Shown here one piece after another: positions 13,303 through 27,140 of a stretch of DNA of 64,000 nt. The position numbers and the translations under genes were made by a program. Source of the stretch: Eledone cirrhosa (taxonomy: Eukaryota); contig OZ024763.1 in the NCBI GenBank assembly GCA_964016885.1, forward strand, positions 4,650,001 to 4,714,000, read 5' to 3'. Within the stretch, counting starts at the first letter, position 1, and each line of letters starts with the position of its first letter. The notes below the pieces were generated by a model that was not told the origin of the DNA, did no database searches, and was given only the letters and a program-made list of their open reading frames with translations.

Positions 13303-13760
13303 GTGTGAGAGGTGTAAGGGAGATAAATGCGAAAGTCCGAAAGCTTTTAGTTGATAAGAAAATTAGGATGTTGTTGTTATTCAATCCGGAGCTTTGTAGT
13401 TATGTAAGAAGTGTTTCCAGACATGTGAACAACATGTGAAGAATTCATTTCTTGAGTTTAGGCAATCGCTATTCCGTAATCTCTTTAGAATATTTATCCG
13501 TTCATCAATACATAGTCCATAAGATGAATTGCCCCTTGCGTATGGCTTGGACTTAGTGATGGCTTTCCGTTGAATGGAGTAGTCTATACTTGAGTCCTTG
13601 AAGGACGATACATGAATTCTTCACACGTTGTTCAAATGTCTGGAAACACCTCTTACACAACTACAAAGCTCCGGATTGAATAACAACAACATTCTAATTT
13701 TCTTATCAACTAGAACTACTTTTCGGACTTCCGCAGTTATCTCTCTTACACCTCTCGCAC
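13303..13760. repeat. Inverted repeat, arms about 146 bp, spacer about 163 bp
   Basis: 13303-13448 versus 13612-13760, diverged arms. Confidence 0.88.
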
Positions 13761-13956
13761 GCAGTTTTGTATTGCCTGGGTGAAGCGACCGTTTCTGCGC
13801 ATGCGCGTTCATACAGTTGCCCTTCCTGTTCCGTATAACCATGTCCATTACGAGGTGAGGATCCGCTAAATGAACTAACTGTTGTGTTACCACTTCTACC
13901 TAACTCGTCCCATGGACTGAGTGCTCTACCACTACGGATATTACCTTCCAGTGTTC

Positions 13957-14036
<80 letters not shown>

Positions 14037-14050
14037 CCCCCTCTCTCTCT

Positions 14051-14159
<109 letters not shown>

Positions 14160-14190
14160 GTTCATCAAAAGAGATTGATAAAATAAGTAC

Positions 14191-14284
14191 CTGTTTCTTG
14201 GTGCTGAATCCAATCTATCTTCTTCAACTTCTGGACAGTCATTTCAAGTATTTCAGCCTTTTCAAATTTAGACACGTGACTATT
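14191..14284 (-). CDS. Hes: HES gene coding exon 3: loop and helix 2 (NSHVSKFEKAEILEMTVQKLKKIDWIQHQET)
   Basis: Not called in this frame by the ORF track; read manually. Acceptor ttttacag|AAT, donor ACAG|gtactt, 94 bp ending in phase 1. Matches HES helix 2 KLEKADILEMTV. Confidence 0.93.
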
Positions 14285-14909
14285 CTGTAAAATATAAGAA
14301 AGATGGAGCTTTAAATTTAGTAAGACTTAAGTCCTGTGGTACAATCACACAAATCAGATTGAATCACCACTAATATATTACTGGTACTATGTGTTATTAT
14401 CCCACCATGGATTAAAATGGATGAATTCAAACTGTAGAACATAAACTATTGCAAATACACAATGCCAAATTTTGTCAGGCCCTTGTGATTCTTCTCAGCG
14501 TGACCAAGAACAATTCCTATAGAACATCAATGTAATCAATCACTCTGATCCCAGAGGCCTGTGAAGGTCATGGGCACTGCTACTTCTTTCAGAACATAAA
14601 CCCTCTAGAACTTTTTCTCGTCTTACCTATCTCTCACCCTTCTCATCAGTCATGCGATGTCTACCCGCACTCCCTAACTTTCCCTGCAATAACCATTACA
14701 CCTAGCCATTGCTACCCTAAAGACTGGCTGTCTGGAACTCTCCCCCAGTTCATGTTTTTTCTCAAAGGATTGTTGGATCCACAACATTTTAAACAAAACA
14801 CCAACGACCTTCACCCCTCATGCATCAAAGGGTCATTGAAGGGAAGGGGGCAAGTCAATTAAATCGACTCCTGCGTATCACTGGTATTTCGTTTAATTGG
14901 TGGAATTTG

Positions 14910-14947
14910 AACTACTACTACTACTACTAGCACCACCACCACTACTA

Positions 14948-15005
<58 letters not shown>

Positions 15006-15056
15006 CATCACTACTACTACCATCACTATTACTACTACTACTACTACCATCACTAT

Positions 15057-15095
<39 letters not shown>

Positions 15096-15152
15096 CATCA
15101 CTACTACTACCATCACTATTACTACTACTACTACTACTACTACCATCACTAT

Positions 15153-15221
<69 letters not shown>

Positions 15222-15229
15222 CACTACTA

Positions 15230-15284
<55 letters not shown>

Positions 15285-15325
15285 CATCACTACTACTACT
15301 ACCACCACTACAACAACAACAACAG
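14910..15325. repeat. (ACT)n microsatellite in HES intron 2
   Basis: Direct inspection. Confidence 0.95.
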
Positions 15326-15345
15326 TAATAATTCCAAGAACTGAC

Positions 15346-15444
15346 CTCCTCACGTTTCATATCTTGGAGCAGTAAACACTTTAGTTGTGACAGGCAGTTA
15401 TTGATACGAGCTCGGCGTCTCCTCTCCATCAATGGCTTGTTACT
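15346..15444 (-). CDS. Hes: HES gene coding exon 2: basic region and helix 1 (SNKPLMERRRRARINNCLSQLKCLLLQDMKREE)
   Basis: Acceptor tttgcag|AGT, donor GAG|gtcagt, 99 bp, phase 0/0. The KPxME(K/R)RRRARIN motif with its basic-region proline is diagnostic of Hairy/E(spl) proteins. Confidence 0.95.
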
Positions 15445-15669
15445 CTGCAAATAGTTAACACTTGAATTAAGAGGAGTATCACAGGTTTTTTTTCATCTTG
15501 TTAATACTACTTTTGAATTGAGGCCCAAGGCCGGTAATTTGGGGAGGAGGTGGGCTTAAAAAGGATAAGTATATTATCTCCACCATAGTAGAGCGGAACC
15601 GTCTCATGTGAAGGGGCGTCCAACAGGCTGGTAAGACAGTATATTGATATTAATAATTTAACGTTAAAT

Positions 15670-16540
15670 AAAATATATATTGCTACGAAAAAAAAAAGCC
15701 ATTAAAAATATATATTGCTACGAAAAAAAAAAAGCCATTAAAAATTATATATGGCTACGAAAGAAAAAAAAGCCATTAAAAATATATATGGCTACGAAAA
15801 AAAAAGCAATTAAAAATATATATTGCTACGAAAAAAAAAAGCCATTAAAAATATATATAGCTACGAGAAAAAAAAGCCATTTAAAATAGATATAGCTACG
15901 AGAAAAAAAAGCCATTTAAAATAGATATGGCTACGAAAAAAAGGTATTAAAAATATATATGGCTACGAAAAAAAAAAAAGACATTAAAAAAATATATGGC
16001 TACGAAAAAACCCCCCATTAAAATATATATATATTGCTACGAAAAAGACATTAAAAATATATATTGCTACGAAAAAAAAAGCCATTAAAAATATATATGG
16101 CTACGAAAAAAGCCATAAAAATATATATATTGCTACGGGGAAAAACCCCCATTAAAAATATATATTGCTACGAAGAAAAAAGCCATCAAAATATATATAT
16201 ATGGCTACGAAAAAAGCCATTAAAAATATAGATTGCTAAAAGAAAAGCAATTAAAAATGTATATTGCTACGGGAAAAGCAATTAAAATATATATGGCTAC
16301 AAAAAAACAACATTAAAAATATGTATGACTACGGGGAAAAAAGCCATTAAAATATGTATTGCTACAAAAAAAGCAATTAAAATATATATGGCTACGAAAA
16401 GGACCATTAAAATATATATTGCTACAAAAAAGCCATTAAATATATATATTGCTACGAAAAAGCCATTAGAATATATATGTAGTTACGAAAAAAGCCATTA
16501 AAAATATATATGGCTACTTAAAAAAAACATTAAAAAATAT
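15670..16540. repeat. AT-rich minisatellite, unit about 30-35 bp (GCTACG-A(n)-GCCATTAAAAATATATAT)
   Basis: Visible tandem periodicity with variable A-tract. Confidence 0.92.
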
Positions 16541-16611
16541 CGCAGAAGATATTTACGATTATAAGAATATATATAGTATATACATATATATATAAGAATA
16601 TATGTATATAA

Positions 16612-16700
<89 letters not shown>

Positions 16701-16740
16701 ATAATATATAAGATCAAAAGATGGTTAAAAGAGTTCCATG

Positions 16741-16811
16741 TATTTTATTATGCGCATTTCAAAAACAAATATCATCATGCAATAATATTTGTGTTTTCAT
16801 CAGATAAAATA
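16741..16811 (-). ncRNA. Type I minimal hammerhead ribozyme in HES intron 1, sense to the pre-mRNA
   Basis: Minus strand: TATTTTAT-CTGATGA-AAACACAAATATTATT-gcat-GATGATATTTGTTTTT-GAAA-TGCGCA-TA-ATAAAATA. Confidence 0.8.
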
Positions 16812-16998
16812 GGAAGACATGATATGAAGGTTAAAAAACACTTGTGAATAGTGCAGTTTTGAATCAACATATATGATATGTTGATTTTAACCATCTTTTG
16901 ATCTTATATATTATGTATACTCCAGTCCTACAAACTGTAGAGCGCTTCTTATCCGATATCTGCATTGCTTTATTGTACTACAATAAAACTCACCTCCT

Positions 16999-17097
<99 letters not shown>

Positions 17098-17450
17098 TAT
17101 ATATATAGAGAGAGAGAGAGAGCGAGAGAGAGAGAGAGAGATATAAAGTTGTATTCCTGTCTGTTTGTTTGTTTGTTAACGAACTCCTCTTATGGTTTTG
17201 GAGATAGACCTCCATAACCATATATATTATGAAACTATATTGCCCAGGGTACTTGGATAAGTATATTTCATTTTAATGAAAGCGTTTCCCGGGAGCACAA
17301 AACCCCTGCTGAAATTATTTCCCTTCGATTTATATGAAATTTAAACCATAGATAAATGACAAGATATGTGTGTATATATATATACACACAATATATCCTT
17401 TGAGCTCATTTAATTGCAGGATTACATACGAGTCCTTTACTCCGTTATTT

Positions 17451-17510
<60 letters not shown>

Positions 17511-17626
17511 AAAGTTATATTTAAATTGTTGTGTTACAACTAGTAAATATTTATAACTGATATAAAAGCACTCGACAAATATTTGGAGTATATTTACAAT
17601 ATTTATCTATAAAACTGTTTATATTG

Positions 17627-17692
17627 TATTTTGTCTGAGGAAGGCATAGCATATTGTTAATATGTTATCCCTGAAATATATATAATGAAATA
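17627..17692 (+). ncRNA. Type I minimal hammerhead ribozyme (antisense to HES intron 1)
   Basis: TATTTTGT-CTGAGGA-AGGCATAGCATATT-gtt-AATATGTTATCCCT-GAAA-TATATA-TA-ATGAAATA. Confidence 0.75.
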
Positions 17693-17733
17693 AATATGGT
17701 TTTATAAATATAGTTTCCATTTATTTAATATTG

Positions 17734-17838
<105 letters not shown>

Positions 17839-18047
17839 CCAGCGCTAAACAGCAACCTATAGAAAACTTGCAATCCACCATCACGCCAACCCTTATACAA
17901 CAACAGTAACAACAACAGCTCTACGTTGGTAACTGCTGCTTTAACCATAAAAACATATCAATTGTACCTCAAGATTTAACAATGGTAACTCAATAGTCTT
18001 GTATGGAACACCGCCAGGATTGTGAATGACAGCTCTCGGGTGGTATT

Positions 18048-18551
18048 CTGGTGGTGGTGGCGGTGGTGGTGGTGGTGGTGGTGTTGTTGATAGTGGTGGT
18101 GTTGGGTTGTTGGTGGTGATGTTGACAGAGGTGGTGGTGTTGATAGTGGTGGTGGTGCTTGTGGTGGTGGTGCTTGTGGTGGTGGTGTTGATAGTGGTGG
18201 TGATGGTGTTGATAGTGGTGGTGGTGCTTGTGGTGGTGGTGTTGATAGTGGTGGTGGAGCTAGTGGTGGTGGTGTTGATAGTGGTGGTGGTGCTTGTGGT
18301 GGTGGTGTTGATAGTGGTGGTGGTGCTTGTGGTGGTGGTGTTGATAGTGGTGGTGGTGTTGATAGTGGTGGTGGTGCTTGTGGTGGTGGTGTTGATAGTG
18401 GTGGTGGTGGTGCTAGTGGTGGTGGAGCTAGTGGTGGTGCTTGTGCTTGTGGTGGTGGAGCTAGTGGCGGTGGTGTTGATAGTGGTGGTGGTGCTTGTGG
18501 TGGTGGTGGTGGTGGTGGTGGTCATCGTTATGTGGTGATGTGGAGCTAATG

Positions 18552-18583
<32 letters not shown>

Positions 18584-18585
18584 GA
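18048..18585. repeat. (GGT)n-based compound repeat
   Basis: Direct inspection. Confidence 0.95.
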
Positions 18586-19263
18586 TGTTATGAATTTACA
18601 CATTTTTTTGTATTTGTAACGTTAAAAACGTTAATTTTTATACTCTTTTAAATCTTGGTTACTTCTATTCTGTATATATACAGACATAGCTTTACCATAT
18701 ACTTCTGCTGCTTAGGGCGCAACTTAACATTTACAGTTGTTCTCCGGTATTCCTAGAGCATCCGCATGAAAAACCGCGAATATTGGACGTGATCCATAAA
18801 AATGCCTATAAACGCAAATCCAGGCAGAAGGAACAACGTGCAAGAAAGTGCCTTGTTCAAAAACATAACGCATCGCTTAGTCCGTGAATCGAACTCACAA
18901 CCTCACGATTGTGAATGCAATTCTGTAACCACTCAGCAACGCATATATATATATATATATATATGATACAATAATAAAAAAAACTATATACACACCCATG
19001 GACACAACAACAACAACAACACCTGTAAGACAGGCAAGAAATATAATAGGTATCAGGGAAACCCCAAACCCCAGACAAAAGGGCCAGAAAACAGGTGAAG
19101 TTCCCCTCCAAGTGTTTTAATCATCTTCAGACGCCTATAGTGCAAGTGGAAGTCTTCTCCTCTCTTATTAAGTTGTCTAACGAAGACCCATCATTAGATT
19201 ATCTTGTCAAACAGTTTCCTTTGTCTCTTTGATTTACTCGTCTGTCTCTAACTGCTCTTGGCT

Positions 19264-19311
<48 letters not shown>

Positions 19312-19655
19312 GTGTGTGTATGCTCAGTATCGCCATGTCATGCTTAGATTCAATAAAAGATGAAGTATTGTTACTTTTGAATATATGTGTGTGTATATAT
19401 ATGTCGAGCTCTCTCTCTCTCTCTCTCTCTATTCATATATATATATATATATGTGTGTGTATGTGTATGTGTGTGTGTATATATATGCATGTACACACAC
19501 GTACACATACACACACACACACACACATATATATATAAATATACATATACATATATATACATATATGTATGTATATATACATACATATACAGCATATATA
19601 TATACATACATAAATAAATATACATAAATAAATACACATATATATATATATATGT

Positions 19656-19714
<59 letters not shown>

Positions 19715-20072
19715 CACACATAAATATATATATATAATTATCCACCAGACTGGTCACGCTTAGCTTCTATAATAAAAAATCTAGGTAATGTTTCGTCTTG
19801 CTTTGCTTAACATTGCTGTTGTTTTCAGCCCCTTTCCTTATTCTCTACATTTTCTAGGGCGGGGGGGGGGGGGGGTGTTACCGTTTCTGTTTATTTTCTT
19901 GAGTTTTTCATTGAGGGATTGTGGGATTCCATAATCTATTATCTCTTCTTTAAGGGGTCACATACCAGAACACTTCCTATTTTATTCAGCAAGACCATTC
20001 ATGCAGGACTGCATTTATTCTCTCTTTATATATATATATTATGTATATATATATATATATATATAATGTGTG

Positions 20073-20140
<68 letters not shown>

Positions 20141-20151
20141 TATACATAGAC

Positions 20152-20223
<72 letters not shown>

Positions 20224-21490
20224 ATACCCAGTTTGAAAGCCTCTACAATGCAGATGGTAAATCTTGGCAACGAAATCCAGTGGCAATAGGAGAAGGAGAA
20301 GGAAAACAAACGTAAATAAAGGTAAAAGGTGTAAGGAGAAGAGAGGGAAGAAAAAGAAGAATGCTAGAGTTTGTCTACCTTAAAAGATTTATTAGGCCCT
20401 ATAATTCGGATTCAAATCCATCAATGGGGGTGGCTTTTCGAAGGGAATTTCTCAGTTGGTTTCACTTCAATTTATTTTAATTTCTCAGTTGTTTAGTTGT
20501 TGATTGTCAAAGCTGTTTCGTCACTCATTTTGTGACCGCCTCAGTGCCTACTTTTGTTATTTGTGGCTCCTCTTTGTTCTGTTTTATACCATCTTGTCTT
20601 TGTGAGCAAAGTTTTTAATTGGCAGCATGACTCTCCCCAAGTATAACTTTAAAAATTAAAATGTCATGATGTTTAGGTGGGGACTTGTATTTTTAATTTA
20701 CTAATAACATATTAATTTTTGGCAACTTTTCTAAAGCAATTTGTTATATTTTGAAACGTGAGCTACTTTTAATGAAATTGCTGTGACCATTTTGCTGTAG
20801 CTCACGAACATTCTTTTCCTTTTATCTCGTATTTGATTACTCCTACTTTAGTTTTAATGTTCCATAGATTCGTGGATCCCCATCGGTCTCAACAAGGGGC
20901 CTGCAATTGTACGATGGCGAACAACTGGGCGTCTGATTCGTTAAATTGACATGGGCGTAGCTCAGTATTCCACTGCCACGTGTAGTCGTAACATAGTCTC
21001 AAACGAACCAGCATGACTCAATTACATGTGGAGTTAACCCTTTGATAGAGTGGAATTTTGTCACTTAACACTAAGTAAACAAGGATAAGCTCCAGTTTGA
21101 TGAACCTCTGGACTTAGGATGGTGTTTAACTCAGTGAGGGACTAGCGTCTTGTCCAGAGAGATGGGGTCTCACTAATGATGGGGTAACACTAATGACACT
21201 CGGACAGGCCCAGCTTGACGAGCCTTTGTTCTTGGGACATACTTTAACCATATAATGGACTGGTGTCTTGTCCAGAGGAAGGGAGTCTTGTACTTCTTGT
21301 CACGTAACACCAATGAAACTGGATAAGCTCCAGTGTGACGAGCCTTCGGATTTGGGACAGACTTTAACCCTGTGATAGACTGGTGTCGTTTTAGGGGTAT
21401 TTTGTACCCTCAGTCATTAATGCTAACGAATCTAAGATGAAGGAATAATATAAAAGGACTGAACGAGAAAGAAAAGTAGCAAACACTCAC

Positions 21491-21628
21491 CCTCTTTGCT
21501 GGAGATTTCATTGTGGTTGATGTGATGGTAGTACTGGCTGTATTGTTACTGTTGTTGTTGTTGTTGTTAATAGTGGTGGTGGTGGTGGCGCTAATTGCCA
21601 GGGAGGCGTTGGTTTCCTCTAACTCCAT
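21491..21628 (-). CDS. Hes: Hairy/E(spl)-family bHLH-Orange gene, coding exon 1 (MELEETNASL...MKSPAKR, 46 codons)
   Basis: ATG-initiated frame ends AAG AGG|GTGAGT (consensus donor, phase 0). It joins in frame to the basic-region exon, matching the usual HES intron just before the basic region. Assigned by splice fit, because the N-terminus is low complexity. Confidence 0.72.
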
Positions 21629-21678
21629 TCTGAAAAGCTTGGTCCTTCTTCAAAACCTTCTGTTACAGATACTAGAAA

Positions 21679-21713
<35 letters not shown>

Positions 21714-22939
21714 AATGATAAATCATCCATCATCATCATCATCATCATTACTATCGTCATCATCAATATCACCATCATCAATATCATCATCATCATCTTC
21801 AATATCACCATCATCACCTACATCATCATCATCATCATCAATATCACCTTCATACAGCTTATATGTGCTTCTTCATAATTACTCAAACTGAAACAAATAT
21901 TATATACAAATTGTCAAGAACAAGGACTGGTGCTACTATTAAGGCCAACTAGGGAGCTGTCTAAGGCATAGACCCCAGAGAGGTGCAATACTGAACCTTA
22001 AAAGATCACAGGTTCAGACATATTTTTATAATCAAATTATTTATATAATAATTTCCTACAACCAATAAAGAAATCGCTAAACAGATTTGCAGCGTTGTGA
22101 ACATATCATAATAAATAGTGAGGGTCACATGATTTGGTGTGGGTGAGTGTGGACTGTGTAGTAAAATATTCGGGTTTAGTAATTTTCTTAGTGTGGTCAT
22201 GACAAGAAGTGTCAAAGTCTATACTTGTCAGCTTGCCCAACTGTAAAGTGGCAGGTAACTAGGAGAAGGAGAACATACTATGTGGCTGGTCTAGAGCGCT
22301 GAATACCCCCACTGACATATTGTAGAACTTGTCTAGGGCGCTAAATACCCAGTCATGCTTTGTAGTGCTATCCAAATGTTATGGTCGTTGGATGGGATGG
22401 GATGCCCAACATACTTTTCAAAAGTTGGGTTGCCGTTTTTTTTTTTTTTTTTTTTTAAACTCTTAGTCTTTAAGAAAAGGCCAGCACCTACTGTCATTTA
22501 TATTTCCAAGGCATTCGAGACTAGTTGGAAGGAAGGGAAGAAAGTAGCCTTAAACCAGAGACCTGATATAAATGTATGCAACAAGTGGACTTTGCTACAG
22601 CCAATTAGGGATCCTTGGGCTACAGAATATTTGGGTCCCATAGCACATAAGGAATTTAATGAAAATAAAAAGTACATAAATGATAGAACAGATAGAACAA
22701 TGCTGAGATTCCAGCATCCATCCACGCTGACCTCTAAAACAGAGGTGATACCCACAGAAAGATAAATGCATTAAACAACAATAATACTCTAAAGTTTGAT
22801 AAGAAATGCGTTTTTTAGCTATATTGTAATACATATTTATAATAGGACTGGCTCCTTTATATATATTTTAATACCAACTTAAAACACGACCGAGTCCTCT
22901 GAATACATTCAAACCAGGGTCTTTTCACCCCTTCCGGAG

Positions 22940-23210
22940 GAAACCCTCTCTTATTGACCTCCACCGTTCTCTGTTTTGGTTTTGGTCATGTCAGGGGTGC
23001 AGTCGTACTCACCACGCTTGGCCAATTGCAGGTTGGTGAGGCTATTTAACCTATAGCTGGGTAAACTCAGTTCTTCAGCTGAGTGAACTGGAACAACATG
23101 AAATAAAGTGTTTTGCTCAACAACACAATGCAAAGCCCGGCCTGAGAATCGAGCTCACAACCTCAGAATTGTAAGCCCGACGCTCTAACCACTAAGCCAT
23201 GCGCCTTCAG
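22940..23210 (-). mobile_element. SINE family B, near full length
   Basis: Minus strand GAAGGCGCATGGCTTAGTGGTTAGAGCG (A box), B-box remnant, GAGCAAAACACTTTATTTCA central domain. Confidence 0.78.
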
Positions 23211-23257
23211 AAAAGATATTGATATAGAATTAAAACAGGACTTTGAATACATTTTAG

Positions 23258-23289
<32 letters not shown>

Positions 23290-24128
23290 AAACAAGACTG
23301 GTCCCTCTATATATATTTTAATATATATTTAAAATAGGATTAGGTCCTCGATGTATATTTAAATATATATTTAAAATAGGACTAGGTCCTCTTTGTATGT
23401 TTAAATATATATTTAAAACATGACTAGGTCCTCTGTATATATTTTAATATATATTTAAAATGGAACTGGTTGCTCTGCATATATTTTAACATATTAAAAA
23501 AACAGGACGGGGAAACCTTTGACTTTAGGGCCCTTGACTGCAGTCAACATAGCCCCGTGTGTAAATCCAATGTTGATTCTGCCAGATGTATCCAAATACC
23601 AATTGATGGCGATTAAATCAGGCGATGGGTGTAGGACTACCACAGGAATTCAGAACGCAAAGAGCCGCCCGTAACAAATACTGCAACGAGGCCTGAGGGC
23701 GTCAGATAACAAAACGCGTGTCTGCGATGATGAAATAGCGCCACCTTCCGGAGTTTGCTCGCTCGTGTTGGCACATTGTGAGTGTAGCAGAGATAGAAGC
23801 CATCGTCCCTGGGAATACATCTGCCATCACTGCTGCTCTCTTAGAAATGGTGCATGTGTCTAAGATGTGCTTGAAGTCGGATAATTTTACAATATGTTAT
23901 GTGTGTGTATATGTATTATGTTTCAGTATCTGTGTATGTGTATGTGTATGCTATGGCCCCTATCTTTGACTTTGTATGTATTTGTTCGTGTGACTGAGCG
24001 AATGAGTCTGTCTACACGTCCGTGTGATTGTGTGAATGATGTGTGTGACTGTGTATAACTATTCGTGTGGCCGTGTGTGGGTAGATGAGTGTATGTGTCT
24101 ATCAGTGTTTGTGTAGGTAGGGATGCGA

Positions 24129-24129
<1 letters not shown>

Positions 24130-24176
<47 letters not shown>

Positions 24177-25054
24177 GTGTAAGTATGCGCGTGTGTTTAT
24201 GTGTCAACGTGATTATGTGTGTAAGTGTATGTATGTGATTATGTGTATTTATGCACATATGTGACTCTGTGTGTATGTGTGTATGTATGAGTTTGTGCAT
24301 GAGTGTGTGTCTATGTATGTATGTGTGTGTGAGAGTGTGTGTGTGTGTATGTGTGAGTTTGTGTATGAGTGTGTGAATTTGTGTATGAGTGTGTGTGTGT
24401 ATGTATGTGTGTGAGTTTGTGTATGTATGTGTGTGTGTGTGTGTGTGAGTTTGTGATTATGTGTATGTGTGTGAGTTTGTGTATGTATGTGTGTGTGTGT
24501 GTGTGAGTTTGTGTTTATGTGTATGTGTGTGAGTATGTGTGTGTGTGAGTTTGTGTTTATGTGTATGTGTGTGAGTTTGTGTATGTATGTGTGTGTGTGC
24601 GTGTGTGAGTTTGTGATTATGTGTATGTGTGTGAGTTTATGTATGTATGTGTGTGTGCGTGTGTGAGTTTGTGTTTATGTGTATGTGTGTGAGTATGTGT
24701 GTGTGTGAGTTTGTGTTTATGTGTATGTGTGTGAGTTTGTGTATGTATGTGTGTGTGTGCGTGTGTGAGTTTGTGTGTGAGTTTGTGATTATGTGTATGT
24801 GTGTGAGTTTGTGTATGTATGTGTGTGTGTGTGAGTTTGTGTTTATGTGTATGTGTGTGAGTTTGTGTATGTATGTGTATGTATGTGCGTGTGTGTGTAA
24901 GTTTGTGTTTATGTGTATGTGTGTGAGTTTGTGTATGTATGTGTATATGTATGTGTGTGTGTGTGAACAAGGAAACAAATTTACTTACATTCGGTATTTC
25001 TGATAAATCTCCTGTATATGATATATCCATTAAACTTTTGACGTACATATGCTG

Positions 25055-25112
<58 letters not shown>

Positions 25113-27074
25113 AGAAGGAAGACAGACAGACAGACAGACACAGACAGACAGACAGACAGACAGAGAGGAAGTGAGACTGAATGTAAGTGACTGGAATAAA
25201 TATGATGGAGGTGAGAATGAGTGGAGTTTTAAGAATCCCTCTCACAATATGACGACCTGTTAAACACCTTTCTACGATATCTCTCTGGTGGATCACTGGC
25301 TGTCACTGACTGGTTGTGATGGTGACAATGGGGGGGTGGTGGTGGCTGTGGTGACAGTGGTGGTGGTGGTGTGGTGGTGTGGTGGTCGTGGTGGTGTGGT
25401 GGTGGTGGTGGTGGTGGTGACAGTGGTGGTGTGGTGGTGGTGACTGTGGTGACAGTGGTGGTGGTGGTGGTGTGATGGTGTGGTGGTGGTGGTGTGGTGG
25501 TATGGTGGTGCTGGTGGTGACAGTGGTGTGGTGGTAGTGGTGGTGGTGGTGTCACTGACTGGCTGTGATGGTGACAATGGGGGGTGGTGGTGGCTGTGGT
25601 GACAGTGGTGGTGGTGTGGTGGTGTGGTGGTGGTGGTGTGGTGGTATGGTGGTGCTGGTGGTGACAGTGGTGTGGTGGTGGTGGTGGTGGTGGTGTCACT
25701 GACTGGCTGTGATGGTGACAATGGGGGGTGGTGGTGACTGTGGTGACAGTGGTGGTGGTGGTGACTGTGGTGGTGGTGGTGTGGTGGTGGTGGTGGTATG
25801 GTGGTGACTGTGGTGACTGTGGTGGTGGTGGTGACAATGGGTGGTGGTGGTGACTGTAGTGACAGTGGTGGTGGTGGTGGTGTGGTGGTGGTGGTGGTGG
25901 TATGGTGGTGTGGTGGTGGTGTGGTGACAGTGGTGGTGGTGGTGGTATGGTGGTGTGGTGGTGACTGTGGTGGTGTGGTGGTGGTGTGGTGACAGTGGTG
26001 TGGTGGTGGTGTGGTGGTTGTGGTGGTGTGGTGACTGTGGTGGTGGTGACAGTGGTGGTGGTGGTGGTGGTATGGTGGTGGTGTGGTGGTGTGGTGACAG
26101 TGGTGACTGTGGTGGTGGTATGGTGGTGGTGTGGTGGTTGTGGTGGTGTGGTGGTGGTGTGGTGGTTGTGGTGACTGTAGTGGTGGTGTCGTGGTGACAG
26201 TGGTAGTGGTGTGATGGTGTGGTGGTGGTGGTGGTGGTGTGGTGGTGGTGGGGTGACAGTGGTGGTGACTGTGGTGGTGGTGGTGGTGGTGATGATGGTG
26301 GTGTGGTGTGGTGATGGTGGTGGTGTGGTGGTGGTGGGGTGACAGTGGTGACTGGTGGTTGTGGTGGTGGTGGTAGCTGTGGGAGGGGTGTCAGTGGTTG
26401 TGTGGGATGAGAGGGGTGTCTCTGACTGTGGATGTGAGGGTGGCAGTGGTGGTAGGAGGAGTGTATGTGTATGAGGGAGGTGGGGGGTGTTATATACACT
26501 CAGCAGTGGGGGGGGGGGGTTGTCGTGTGTGTGTGTCAGAGTAACTGCATGTGGAGGTGTGTCAGTGTACGTGTGATTGTCAATGTGTGTACGTGTGCCT
26601 ATATCTGTGTGTGTGTGTGTGTACGTGTGCCTATATCTGTGTATGTGTGTGTGTGTGTGTGTACGTGTGCCTACATCTGTGTGTGTGTGGGGGGGTATCT
26701 ATGAACGTATGTGTGTGTGTCTATAAGTGTGTGTGTGTGTGTATGAGCGTATGTGTGTGTCTATGTGCGCGTGTGTCCACGAGCGAGTGTGTGTGTGTAT
26801 GCGAGCGTATATGTGTCTATGAGCGTGTGTGTGTGTGTGTGTCTATGGAGGTGTATATGTGTGAGCGTGTGTGTGTCTGAGTGTATGTAGTATATGAGTG
26901 TGTGTGTGTGTGTGTGGATGTAGTGTATGTGTGTGTGTGAGTGGATGTAGTGTATGGGATTGTGTGTGTGTGTGTGTGTGTGTGGATGTAGTGTATGGGA
27001 ATGTGTGTGTGTGTGGATGTAGTGTATGGGAATGTGTGTGTGTGTGTGTGTGTGTGTGGATGTAGTGTATGGGA

Positions 27075-27106
<32 letters not shown>

Positions 27107-27140
27107 ATGTAGTGTATGGGAATGTGTGTGTGTGAGAGAG
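24130..27140. repeat. Block of GT-rich compound minisatellites, including a (GGT)n-based tract at about 25295-26380
   Basis: Direct inspection. Confidence 0.9.

Noticed and set aside
14893-15345. Poly-Ser extension of the bHLH ORF
   Set aside because: Intron read-through. A donor site at 15345 and the true helix 2 exon at 14191-14284 explain the gene.
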